In this document: one piece after another, positions 22,195 through 34,445 of the stretch
Numbering within the stretch: the first letter of the stretch is position 1
Layout: every line of letters begins with the position of its first letter
NCBI GenBank assembly: GCA_013115145.1
Contig: JAAPAO010000075.1
Coordinates: forward strand, 25,518-89,517
Origin: Perkinsus chesapeaki ATCC PRA-425
Lineage: Eukaryota; Protista; Perkinsozoa
Reading direction: 5' to 3'
DNA: 64,000 bases
Made by a program: the position numbers and the translations under genes
Notes under the pieces: generated by a model
Databases searched by the model: none
What the model was told of the DNA's origin: nothing
Seen by the model: only the letters and a program-made list of their open reading frames with translations

Positions 22195-23241
22195 CTACTG
22201 AGTGGCGCATTGTTGTGAGGCACCGAAATATTGTGAACCACACTCAGTAAGATTGGCTTCAATCCACGTCTGATAACCATAGAAACATCTAACCCATTCG
22301 AAATGATTAAGACCGATATGAGTCTCGTCAGCAGGGAAAAAGTGATCAAACTTGTATGGTAGGAGGATCTTAGCACTTGTGTATTCAATGGCATGCATAA
22401 GCTTGTCATAGGCATATAAGATTCCTCCATCCGGATCACTGGGGCATGCGCTGAACTTTGCACACATGGAGCCTTCTTTGCAGTTTCGTTTGGTTCTGCA
22501 ATCACCTTCACCAATGAATGTTATCTTGGCCTTATACTCGTCGTACTTGGCGGTGCTACAGTAGGGGCAAGTTTTGGTTAAGAACTTCTCGAAAAGCTCC
22601 ACCAGTCCGTCGTAGTTATTGCTGGGGGTTATTACGTTGACGTGATCAGCCCTATACATAATCTTATCCACCAAAGCTGGTTTGGCTCTCTTGAAATCCT
22701 CAAAAGTAACGTCAACTTTCACGTCATAACCATGAAGAGTCTTCTTCATCTCATCGGTCTTGTCGAATATCTCCATCCATGCCTGGAGAGGGAGGTCAAC
22801 ATTGAAACTGATGCCGACTGGACCCAAGCTAGGATGAATATAATTTAGAGTGAACTCCTCGAATAATCTTACGAAGTCCAAAGCCCAAACAGTATCATTA
22901 TACCCGGGAGCACCTCCAGCATAAAAGAGGTAGATGGTAGCTGTGTTGCCACTGACCTCGCGGAACTGACTTAGGAAATCGGCAAGTCTTTCGGGGGAGA
23001 GGAGATGTCCTTCATTAGATGCATCAGCTATGTTGAGATAGACATCACCACAGTTGTACTCCTTCGCCTGTGGAGTCTTGAAAAAGTCTATGAAGGTGGT
23101 ATCATTGCCAGTCCAATAAGCTTGCCTCCAAGAGTAAGTCGCCATACAACCCTTGCTGGTGCCGTGAGCTTGCGAGTCAGAATCAAGGGTAATAGCAGCA
23201 GCCCCAAGAATAGCAATCGAGTTGAAGATGACGAACCGCAT
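22195..23241 (-). CDS. Secreted Cys-rich protein, paralogue 4 (mosaic of near-identical and divergent blocks)
   Basis: 348-aa intronless ORF with signal peptide. About 22711-23148 is nearly identical to paralogues 1/2, while about 22340-22710 is divergent. Confidence 0.85.
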   Translation of the reverse strand: MRFVIFNSIAILGAAAITLDSDSQAHGTSKGCMATYSWRQAYWTGNDTTFIDFFKTPQAKEYNCGDVYLNIADASNEGHLLSPERLADFLSQFREVSGNTATIYLFYAGGAPGYNDTVWALDFVRLFEEFTLNYIHPSLGPVGISFNVDLPLQAWMEIFDKTDEMKKTLHGYDVKVDVTFEDFKRAKPALVDKIMYRADHVNVITPSNNYDGLVELFEKFLTKTCPYCSTAKYDEYKAKITFIGEGDCRTKRNCKEGSMCAKFSACPSDPDGGILYAYDKLMHAIEYTSAKILLPYKFDHFFPADETHIGLNHFEWVRCFYGYQTWIEANLTECGSQYFGASQQCATQ

Positions 23242-24311
23242 AGTGGATGCAGGGTAACAGGAGTAGGCTAGGTTGGATGTGATTGGCGCGCTTCACAGCT
23301 TCGGTCACGGTGACCGTGACACAGTTACGGTCACCGGGGTGGTTATGGCGGTTGTAATGTTGCATGACCGGGAGAATCGGCCACGAGATGCTGGGCCACA
23401 CGCCCATCCGATAGGCTACGGCCACCTGCCATCGCTTGACTCCCGTTAAGTGGTGATAATGCAGGCGCAGATGGAAACCAAGCTTTGGGGCGCGCGAATC
23501 TGCGCCTCCTTTGGGTGTGGTCGGCTTTCCTTTCGTAACGTCTGTCACCGCCCGCAAAGCAAGGAGAGTGGCTGCTGAGGCGTTCAACTCCACTTCGGAC
23601 TGGGGTTGTTGTTTCGATGTATTTGTAAGAGTCGTGTAGTACGACATCGGTGACGAAGTCACGTGATGGTTCGCAATTCGGCACCTAGCCAGTGACACAA
23701 GGGTTGTTCCCGTTGATGAGCTGGCTCAATGAAAAGATACGGAATAGGTCAGATTACGCGCATTCAGTCAATCCATACAATTGCCAGGCATTTGGACCTT
23801 CTCCCGGAGCTCCTGGGACCTCTGGGTTGACCTCATGCCCGAACTGTCGGGCAGTACTGCTTGGGGACTGCCCAGGGAATGTGCCTTTGAAGAGCGCTAA
23901 GGACGAGAGAGAAGTGTTCTCGTTAGAAGCGTTATCTCATTCGATATACACCGTCCTTGGGAAAGTTGTTTTTAAATGTGGGGCGACGTCACGAAGGGAG
24001 TGTTAGTTTTTGGGCGAGCGACTTTGCCCAGGACTGGTCGAACTTAGCAGCTTTTCGCGCGCTTTTCCGTAATTCGGCGCTCGACTCCTGGCTGCCTCCT
24101 CGAGCACACACTAAGTCTGACCCAAATGTAATACATACCATTCGCAACTATATTAACTTAAAGATACGCAAAGATACGCAGAAGATTCTTTTGTGCATGC
24201 GTGCAAATCTTTTGTGCCGTGATGAACTTTCAAACCAGCTCAAGATCAACTCTCCTATAATCAGTTCGAGTTTATTATGCTTCCACCGAGCACGGTCATC
24301 CTCTGGCATTA

Positions 24312-26124
24312 ATGTTATCATCATCAACCCCTGATGACTACCCGCAAGAAGATCAAGATCCCCAGCCCTCCAGCACCACCGGATCAGTGGTATCAAGCCC
24401 TACTACCAGTGTAGTTGATCTTGGCACCGGTCGCCCTATCACCTTGCCAGCAGCCGAGGCCAGAGTTGTTCAAGAAGTACCAATAACGCGGGTTGAATTA
24501 TCGACCAGTGTTCCCATGTAGGTACTCAGCTTCGGAGAGCTCTCGGACTTCCCCGCTGGCTCGGCAGAGAGACGCCTAATAGTTGGTGTCATGGACCCCG
24601 CCGCGACCGCTGACGAGGCCCTCGAGTCTGTGAAGTAGAAGTGACCTCGGCAGATGCCTCAGTGAAGACTCGTTTTAGTTTGGCGACCAAGGAGGATGGC
24701 ATCGATTGTCGGGGAGCAATAAACAGCGTGAACGGCATGACTTTGTTGTTTTACGCTGCCCGAAGAGTTGACGATGAAAGCAGTCGCGACGTGTGCCGTG
24801 GACTGATAAAAGACTACCGACTCGACCCTCATGTCGTTGATCGGGCGATGCGACAGACTGCCCTCTTCTACGCCGCCTTGGTAGTAGTGGTGGGGGGCAC
24901 CAGCCGCGCCTGGTGGAAGTGCTGTGTTGTTATTTAGTTGGGCCACGCGTTGACGATAGACCTGTTCCTCTCGTTGGGGGTCAGAGCTGCCTTGCCGGAC
25001 GTTCACAATCAGACAGCGCTGTACTATTGTAGCAGAGAAGGGCACATTGAGGCGATGAGACGGCTGCTGGACGCATCCCCGCCGGGCGAGATCAACCATC
25101 GGGACTGTAACGGTCAGACGGCTCTCTATTACGCTGCCAAAACCGAGCAACTGGAGGCCTGTGTCTGCCTTGTTGAAGAGTACGGTTGTGACCCATGTGC
25201 TGTGGACAGCTTCGGTGCGACGGCAAGGTCATGCGCTCCGGCAAAGAGCGAGGTGGAGCAATACCTGAAACGAGCTGAGAGTGGCATACTAACGTCGGTG
25301 GGGATTGGTTCCCGGAAAAGGAAGACTGTTGGCGGCGGAGGAGATCCCCTGCTCAAGCTGGAGCCTCACAACCCTCCGACTACCAACGTCAGGCGGGTGT
25401 ATCGGCTGGTCCGTTCCAAGGGTAACAGCCATCCGTCTTCACCAGCGTTGCGGTACCTCCCCGAGCCTCTTGGAGAGGATAAACCGGTTGCTAGCAGCGA
25501 CCTTAGGGAGAAGGCCATTGACCATTTCTGCGTCCTTTACCCTGTCATATCGGCCATGGGTGGCGCGCCGTTTTGGCAGCCCTGGAGGGGACCGTTCCGG
25601 CAACTTACGGGTTTGATGAAGCGGTATGTGAACGGATGGATATTTCACAAGTTCCCGGACGAGACGACGGCACCTGGTTACTCGAGTGTGGTGGCGGATC
25701 CTATCGATTTGACGATGATTTGTCACAAGTTGGACCATCGGCAGTACGCTATGGCGCTGCAGGTGGACAGTGATGTGAAGAGGGTAGTAGGAGCTTTGAT
25801 TGGGGGGTGCTTCGCTCCGCTAAGATATGTTATTTTTAGATGTTCGCCAACAGTTATCTCTATAATGGGAGGGAGAGCGTTGTCGGTCTGTTGACGCGAT
25901 CGTGTGAAGTTTACTATGAGCAGCAACTGACTGGTATGGGGTTGCCGGAGGCGATGAAGGCCGAGGAGGATAGGATAGTTAAAGTGTATCGCAGTTCTAT
26001 AAGTCGATACCAATACTCCTCCAATGGAGTATTGCTGGGTGGGATGGATCAAGAAGAGCAACGGAAGGAGGTAGACTTTGAAGTCAAAGTGGAGAGTCCG
26101 CCGCCCCCACAGTGTGGTGTATGA
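24312..26124 (+). CDS. Ankyrin-repeat plus bromodomain protein (BDP1-like architecture), spliced
   Basis: Ankyrin repeats GMTLLFYAA, QTALFYAA, NQTALYYCSREGH, GQTALYYAAK. Bromodomain WIFHKFPD..APGYSSVVADPIDL and, after a short intron, MFANSYLYN with the conserved Asn. Confidence 0.9.
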
Positions 26125-26575
26125 TAGGGATCAGCGGAGCGAAGCTGTTGGTAGTTTTTTTTCCCGATATGTTACTCGGTGACTGCTTGTCATAGTGGTC
26201 GCTGTGAGACCGTGATGAATGTGTGGTCCCATACGTCCATAGTGACACGTGCTTCTGATCTCATCATCTTATTCGTCGTGTTCGCGGTAGTAGTATTTTC
26301 CGTAATATATTTTTACTGTATTATCATCATCATGATCGATAAGGGAGGGGAGAATCTGATAGTCATCATTTATACGTAATAGTTGCATTGTTGGCAAGTG
26401 GTGTGTCGCGTTGTGGAAGTAAAGCTTGAATTGGCAGGGTGATAAATGGAAGATTCTACGACGGAGAAGGTTGAAGGGTAAATTGGAGGAGAATACGGTA
26501 TGAAATATGATGGCAATGGCAGGTTGTTGAAGTGCGGCGATACTGTGGGAGAATTAGGTGAGGAGGAGAAGGCTA

Positions 26576-27064
26576 CTAGAGGAGATGGGAAGGTAGTAGG
26601 GCAGGGTGAGCGGGGGCGGAGATGGATGGATGCAGGAGGAGGAGGGGCCGACAGAGGAAGGAGCGGCTACACCGATACCGCCATGGTAATGATTGATTGG
26701 GTCGGGTAGGGTAGAGTTTGATGTTAGGAGTAAGTTCAAGAAAAGAAAAATTGAAGGTGATGATTTGAGGGAGGAGTGGTATGAAACAGGATACATGTTT
26801 GACAGAGTCATCGAGCCCGAGGCCGACGAAAGTTGTTCTTAAAGAGCGTGGCGAGGCGGTTCCGAGTTGGACGCCACCCGCAGCGGCGGCAGCGACAGCG
26901 CATCCTCTTGGACCAGCCCCGGCATCTGAACTGGAACGGACTGATGTGTAAGCTCTGGTGGCATGTTCCGCTATATCAGTAAAAGTATTAGTAAAATATT
27001 TTGAATGTCCCGTGAAGTATGGCAGATAATTCAGTACTTGATCGTTGGCGTAGGATTGGCTCAT
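26576..27064 (-). CDS. Hypothetical protein, probably spliced
   Basis: ATG-started 162-aa ORF, divergent from the methyltransferase gene. No family recognised. Confidence 0.3.
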   Translation of the reverse strand: MSQSYANDQVLNYLPYFTGHSKYFTNTFTDIAEHATRAYTSVRSSSDAGAGPRGCAVAAAAAGGVQLGTASPRSLRTTFVGLGLDDSVKHVSCFIPLLPQIITFNFSFLELTPNIKLYPTRPNQSLPWRYRCSRSFLCRPLLLLHPSISAPAHPALLPSHLL

Positions 27065-27127
27065 CTTTGTAAGTTTGGAAGGTTTTAAACCGGGCCCAAA
27101 ATCTTAGTGGATTTCGCGTGTGAAGGA

Positions 27128-29596
27128 ATGATAGTTCCTTCGTGTTTCAGGTTTGAAGTAGTTTCTGGACTGGAGAAGCTTCCGACTATCCCCGAGTGGT
27201 CCAAAGATAATCTTCCCAAGGTTTGAACTGGTCATGTTGCTCTGATAAATATCTAACTGTCAGTTGTTGCGAAGCAACGCACCTGAGAGGATGAGAGAAG
27301 GGCCGTTTTGTGAAGCTGCCGTGGTGGATGAGCTTTGGCAGGAGAAGGCTCGAATGGTACTGTACACGGGTGGCGGTGGCGGTCCGCCTACTCGGGCGCC
27401 TCCGGGTGTCGGTGAAGTGAATACTCATTAATGCTTACTGTGATCGTTTTCTCGTCATCCATACTTTTTGTCATCACCTCCGGCTCCATCATAGATTATT
27501 ATTTCACCAGCTCAAAGAGGGCGTCATGGCTAGTGGGACATCACCGTTCATTTTAAATCCTCCATACAAATGGCCCAGGCTTAAAGGTCTTGAGGGTATG
27601 AGAAAAAAATGAAAGCCATGACAAATAGAATTCGTGTTCCTTTTAACGTCGCATCCCAACGACGACACACTTATAGACGTTCTCTTCGTGTCCGCTGGAT
27701 CGCTTTGGGCTTCCGGAGAATGTGTTGGATGTATCATTCGGTATGTCATGTCAGGATAATCTCTTTGATCGTGGAAAAGGAAGAATTTATCGACAAGTCA
27801 GAGCCCGAGTCTTTCCATCAACAGTTAGCGGCAGTGCAAACATAGGCCTATCAAATAGGGCTGGAGATAAACTGTGGGAAGTACTAGAGAGTGGAGGCGG
27901 AGCGAAGCGTCTCACCTTTAACATTTTGTTAAATAGGTTCTGGAAGCTCTGGATATTTGGCCGTCAGTCATAAATCTTGCCAGAACTGAAGAAAGTCCTT
28001 CAGGCGAGGATGAGGTCGGAAGTGGATGGCGGAGCGAAGCGTTCCACATATTACATTTTAGGCCGAAATGACCGTGCGTTACGTAGACGTCTGCGGTGGG
28101 CCGGGGGCATTTAGTGAGCTTATCAAGAATCTTGGTAACATCGTTTACGTGAAGAGGTTGATAATATTTTCCAGGCGCGCGAGAAAATGTGAGGACGATC
28201 GGCAGGGGAATGAGTTTGAAGATCGATTCTACTCAAACGAAAGAGGCCAGTTGCATATGGTGGGTTGTCACGCGCCACAAAACTCCTTATCACCTTTTCA
28301 AGGTACAAGCATCTGATAGACTCTGAAGATTTCGAGGCGGTCTGGGGTCCCGACGGTGATGGTAAGAATTGAAGCTATGCTCTGATCCAACATTTGTTAT
28401 AGGAAATGTTTATTCTCCAGCAAATTTGGAAGCGTTGGAGAAATCGGTCGAAGAAGTTGATAAACGTGGAGCTCATCTTGTTATGGGTGATGGAGGATTT
28501 GAAGTAATTCACAGATTCTTCAGTTTGTTCCGTTTGGTGTCAGCTTGTCGTCTGAATCGACCGCGGCGACTTGTCGTCTGGTCGGAATCACTACCGCAAT
28601 AGTTGCTTGTTGGCAGACTCTTCATTAAAATTCTCCTTTGGACGTCTGATCGGCGAAATTATGATTTGCGGAAATCAGGGCTCTCGCAGATTCGCGCACC
28701 TCTTAGTAGGCTTGCAAGCTTCTCATCGACTGCAGCCAATATCATCCTCACTCGATCGATAACTTAAAGATTAGCAGCGCGTTACTATTTTCGGCTAGTA
28801 TGTAGATCCCAACCCTTGTGTAGGTGTCGGTCGATAAAGACGGCAATCATCTCGAGAACTACCAGGAGGTGTATTCAGCAAGAATAATCCTCTCAGAAGT
28901 CCTGACGATGGTTCGAGCATGCACTAAGGTAACCTGGTCCAGTTGTTCCAGCACATCTAAGATTGCTTCAGGGCGGCTTCTTGGTGTGCAAACTATTCGA
29001 TACCTTCAGTGCCATCACTGCCAGCATCATTTACGTCACCACACGTTTGTTTGATAAATGTTACATCGTCAAACCGCAACGTTCCAGAGTGGTGAGTCTC
29101 TCTCGGCATGTTTTATTCTTTTTACGTACTTCTCTTCCAACTCGGCCGCTCTAGTGTGGCATCTCTGAGGCTTCCAGTGTGTAGGTGAATTCAGAGCGTT
29201 ACCTTGTCGGCGTGGGTTTTAAAGGCCGCGAGAATCCAGATTATGAGGTGCTGATGAAGGCTATGGAGTTTTGTCATTCAACGTGCTTTACTGAGGATGA
29301 AGGTCCAGAAAGCGTCGTACCTGGTAGGCTACTGTTTTGCCAACCGTGATGAAATTGTGTGATGTCAGTCCGGCTGATGGAAGATGATAGAAAGTTTCAA
29401 ATATCATTGTCGCAGTCCATACGAGAACTCGCATTGAGGCAAACTCGCGCTTTGGATATCGTAAGTCACTATCGACTACCTCCGCTTGATCGTCCCTCAG
29501 GTGATGAACGCGGTCGATGAGGCTGTGGCCCGAGGCAAGGGAGGCCAGCGGAAGGGCGGCAAAGGCAAGGGCCGAAATCGGTACGGCTACCACTGA
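27128..29596 (+). CDS. CMTR1: Cap-specific mRNA (nucleoside-2'-O-)-methyltransferase, FtsJ/RrmJ fold, multi-exon
   Basis: Exons give NRAGDKL, DVCGGPGAFSE, WGPDGDG, LVMGDGGF, VCKLFDTF and KPQRSRV-VNSERYLV, i.e. the K-D-K-E tetrad. The start is approximate. Confidence 0.88.
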
Positions 29597-30090
29597 GTTG
29601 GCACTTACCAAACAACGTTGTGCTTTTATAATCTGCTTTGTTGTGTTCGGATATACTCAATTGTAACACAAATCATCACACTATCACAAAGCAACTTATC
29701 ATGGTAAACTAAGGCTCTTTTGGACCGTTTGCATCACTACCATCATCAGAACCGACACCTTCTTCTGGAATCTATAAAACACTTATAACCATAAAGATAC
29801 GAGCTAGCAACTTACACCCTCCAAAAGGCGAGGAGATGCATTAGGCAAACCAGTAGTAGCCTCACTAGTCGTGGTGTTTACATTGGATGTTCCTACTTCA
29901 CTGTTGGAGCCCTGTAGAGATAATGAGGATTAGTTTCAGTTAAGGAATGGCTCACAGTCGATATAAATGAAGGGAATCTCGAACGTATGTAGGGTACATC
30001 TTCGGTTGTGTGAATGTGGAAGATGTAAGTGGTAAGAGAGCATATTTGACTCAGCTGAAATAAAAGGCAAAAAACTCTTGCAAAATGTAA

Positions 30091-30163
30091 GCCTTCTTAG
30101 CTTAGTTGGTAGAGCACCCGCTTAGTAAGCGGGAGGTCGTCGGTTCGACTCCGGCAGAAGGCT
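30091..30163 (+). tRNA. tRNA-Thr (anticodon AGT)
   Basis: Full 73-nt cloverleaf: acceptor GCCTTCT/AGAAGGC, D-arm AGCTTAGTTGGTAGAGC, anticodon stem CCCGC-TTAGTAA-GCGGG, T-loop GTTCGACTC. Confidence 0.97.
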
Positions 30164-33100
30164 TTATCAGCCAGCTTCGCGTATGGAATTCGTTTGAACA
30201 GGAAATGCTACACGTCCACTTACCAAAAGTGTTTGTATCGCTATGAAAATTGTTCGTATCCACGTCAGTGTCCACGAGGAATATCCCAACCCTTCCTTGT
30301 GTATACCTGAGACGCCCTAAACTAACCAATACCGCAAATGGGCTACCTCCATCAAAAGCTGTTATGAAGCTGCATGTTGGCATCGCCAGAAATGACCAAG
30401 ATACCATTGCCATCCATGAACCTGATGATGAAGCATCACTCCACATGACGGCCTTCGTGATACGGAACTCTTTTCTAGTCGGGAGAGATTTTATAACGTA
30501 CTTTAATTGGTGCTGACATTCGAGAATCTTTCCTTACCTCGCGCAAATGTGTGCATGATTCCATCAAAGCTCATTCTAGAGAAGCATGTTCGACCTTTCT
30601 CTCGACTGAATAACAAAACAGATCGGCCGCTACCTTAGAATGGAGCGCCTACACTTCCAAGACGGGGGAGTGACGCAAAACCGCCGGCAAGTAGGATGAC
30701 ACCAACGGTGGCAGCGACACTCGATGGACGGTAATTGGCCACTTCGTTCTCTGCCAATGGAACTGAGCATCTCCAGCGGGTTGTGAACTCACCAAGTTCA
30801 TCTCGACAAAGGCGCTGATGCACGTCCAGGTTAAAATGCTAAACACGATGGTCGTGACGGTCAAATCCAGGCAGATGCAGTTTGGGAAGTTCCACACACC
30901 AACCTTGGCCGCATGGGCCTCACTCATATACCTTACATTGGGTAAAATGCCGTGCTTGGGAATCGAACGTGCGCCTTACAATATCCTCGAGATTCCCACA
31001 TTTACACCAAAGACGAGGGCACTGGCCGTGAACGATACTGCGATAACATAGAGAGGAAGGCTGATCTCCGGCAGAGGCCGAGATTCCGTCGGTGGTGAGT
31101 CTGCCATGAAGGGGCCTAGAAGTAGCGGCGCCACTCGCACTCATATATTAACAACGAAACTCCGACACTGTAAAAGTACTCCGTTATAAAAGGCATGGCA
31201 AAAGCCGTCATGTTGTTGTTATGATTCATGGCCATCATCACCATCCTCATCGGCTACTTCGGCGTCATCATCCTGAACAATGTCGAGAGTAACGCGGTGG
31301 CAGTTCAGCTTTCGGCGAAAATGGCGTACAGCTACGTACCAAGATGAGCGTGCTCTTTCTGCTCAGAATTCCCGAGAAAGATCTTCGAGTATGTCGGAGC
31401 TTCGCCTTCATAGACGATACCGAAACACCCAGTTCAGCATCACGAGGATCAGGTGCCTCCTGAATACTATTCCCGCGCGCCAGGAAACTCTTCCTCACTT
31501 TTTGACTGTTTTCGATAGCCGCATGGCGCTCCCGACGGTCTCGTGTCGGCTGAAATGAGCAACTACTCCATCGCCGCCGCCCTCCAACACCCACCACTAC
31601 AGTGTCATCTTCATCCTCCAGTTTAGGAAGATGCTCATCACTCTCCGTCTGACAGCAGCGCCCCCACTTGATGTCGCTAATCTACCATAACTCACTCTAA
31701 TTGAATCGATTCCTATCAACGCCGGCAAGATCGACTGTCCTCCCAGCCGCTTCGAATACGCCACACTGTGCGCATGCTCCTTCAACTAACAAACCAATCT
31801 GCAGCGCTCTTAACCAGCCAACGGCGCCCATCACATCCTCCACACAAACGGCGAATTGAAGATCGGCCTTGATGGTATGACCTTCATAAGTTCGTAGAGC
31901 TCCTCAACACTCGGTTGCCAAAATCGAGGATCCCATCGGCCCAAACCCAATCCCTCCGTGGACCGTTTCGAGTACCTCGAACACAATTACCGACGAGACA
32001 ATCTACAAGCCTCCGCACAACCACCAGAGCCGAGCTCTTTGCTTTATATCAACCAAGTGGTATAAGAATATTAATACAGACAGGTCAAACGATTGTTCAG
32101 CGCCGATCTGAATGCATTATCTATCGAAAATAAGGATGAGCTTGGTAGCATTCGATCAAAAATCTGTAGCCTTTGCGAGAGGTATACGACCCGCCTCCGA
32201 TCAGCTCCTGAGGATTCTGAATCTTATAAAACTACTGGCGGCCCAACATACGTTATCGAACCTAAGTCTCGTATGTCTCCTCAACCTACTCTAATCTCTA
32301 CTTAAGCTATCTTATCTTCACCCGTTCCTAAAACTGAGCCCGCGAAAGATCTCCCAGGATTTTCAACAGCGCCGCCCTTCCCCTCACTTCGGTCCCTTAG
32401 ACTTCTCAACATCGTGATACGAGATTTTAGCGGCCTGCAAAGAGCATAACCGTGCGCCATCCCCAGTGACGTTCCAACCCTCAAATTCTTCTGGATCGTT
32501 TTTTTCTGTTCTTCAATACAACGTCGAGTCTCCTCCAACCAGGAACTTGCCGCTCTATTGAGGACACCCAAAGGAATGCAACTGCCAATCAATGAGCATC
32601 ACCGCCGGCAGCAGCAGCAGCCGCCGCGTGAACACCTTACGAGAAACACACGTCGGAGAGGATAACCACAACCTCAGCGCCCTCCTCTGCAGCTACCGCC
32701 GAACCTGAAATGTAACGCACTTCCTCATCGGACCTCTGCCATCCGAAATATCTTCCTCTCCTCCCCAGCCCATGACAAGCTCGTTTCGAAACATTTCAGT
32801 GTGTAACCGGTAAGGAAGCGAGTATACTGTCTACTTCGAACCCTTTATTGGATGGTGCGGCCCTCCCATCTACATAGTCGATTGCTCGGTCTGAAATTCC
32901 TAATAATTTCCTCTCTATCTTCGCTAGATAATCTATCCCCGTTCTTTATGGGCATATCTCCCTCCTCCGAAATTAACACCTGACAACAACAACAACAACA
33001 ATAGTGCGGTCTAGCGGAGCGATGCAACCTTTACTTCATGACCGAATGTGTCTCCCTCCACCAAACGCACTAACTCCACATCGCTCTTAAACGTCCTCTT

Positions 33101-33379
33101 TCGTTCCTAAACATTATATTAGTTAGCATTCTGGGTATGACTTAGTGCGGCCGACAACCCCTAGGGATATCATATCACTCGAGACACCGTCCAGATGATG
33201 GTGTCCTAGTTTGCCGAGTATAAATTATTATCGACCATGAACACCGCCGTTGCTGATGACGTTTCATAGGCGTACGCCTCCTCCCCTACGTTATAATAGT
33301 ATGGCACAATATGAGCTCAAAGCTCAACTAGCGTACAAATCGAGATGCAATAAATTAAGATAGGTAGTTGACCCGTAAA

Positions 33380-33409
33380 AGACCTCAAGTTCGAACCCCG
33401 GTGAAGGCA
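33380..33409 (+). repeat. 30-bp direct repeat resembling a tRNA 3' end (copy 1)
   Basis: AGACCTCAAGTTCGAACCCCGGTGAAGGCA, identical at 34416-34445. B-box plus acceptor 3' strand, followed by TTTT. Confidence 0.7.
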
Positions 33410-34415
33410 TTTTAATGAATACTACTTCCCATCGACCATCATAGCAGCATTCATCGACCCTTCTAGTATCTTGCATAGGATACTCTGAAATAACAACAAA
33501 TAACAAGAAGCTGCATCCTCACAATACAGCATAACAGCGGTATTATTATGTCCGCCATTTGTCACTTGAGCATCATCATCACATACCGTCTGACGGAAGC
33601 CAACGTGGGTATACCTCGGAGCCTTTTACCAATCAAAAATCAACATCACAAGCTCTATTCAAGAATCCCAACGGCTTCCCGAAAATTATCAAGGGGCTCC
33701 TCACAGGCATCGCCCCATTCTCACTCGACCTCAGAGAGCGGAAGTCACGGAAATAGATCGGCCTCTACTTCTCCTTGCTGTCACTAGTCTTCCCAATGAG
33801 CAACAATGCCCTACCCGGGAATCGAACCCGCGCCGCCGCCCTCCACCACTACTCTCCATCATTTTCTTCCGTTCCTTTTCCCGATGCTTCCGTAGTATCC
33901 TACTCCTCTCATCATCATCCTCCGACTCATCCGTATTGCCACGCGGCCAACGAAGACCTGATAAAATACCAAATATAGAAAGAGTCGATGTCTTCGTTCG
34001 CTGCGAAAACAACGGTGAAAGATCTCGGAGTAGCGGTGTGTGCTTGCCGACATCTGTGGAATCCGTGAAAATGAATTGTCGCATATTCCCCCATAGTGTA
34101 CTTAATACCGTCCGATTCCGTAACTGAGTTCCACGCCCCAACTAGTAACAAAAACGAACCTATACTTCTTCATACAGTTAACAAGCTCAAGGTGCCTCAG
34201 AGGTATACCCCTCGAATCGACACTTAAGGAGTTCCAAAGCTTCTATACGCCTGTACAACATGACAAGATATCCAACCGCTGGTGCTCGATCATAGTATAT
34301 ACATCAATCACGTTCGACCACCCAACCAGGCCAGACCCCCCTGCAGTTGCCCAAACTACATGTTGTAAGTCCGATGGCTGCTCTCAATGAAACATGACCT
34401 TTACGGACCTGCAAT

Positions 34416-34445
34416 AGACCTCAAGTTCGAACCCCGGTGAAGGCA
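34416..34445 (+). repeat. 30-bp direct repeat resembling a tRNA 3' end (copy 2)
   Basis: Identical to 33380-33409. Confidence 0.7.

Noticed and set aside
27128-29596. Cap methyltransferase as a novel spliced-leader capping system
   Set aside because: Ordinary CMTR1-type motifs, and no spliced-leader RNA gene was recognised in the window.
30948-31030. Complete tRNA-His or tRNA-Sec gene on the minus strand
   Set aside because: Only the last 21 nt fit. The T-stem does not pair and there is no D-arm or 5' acceptor strand.
30400-33030. Several short coding-like exons on both strands
   Set aside because: Probably real spliced hypothetical genes, but I could not assemble supportable models or assign a function.
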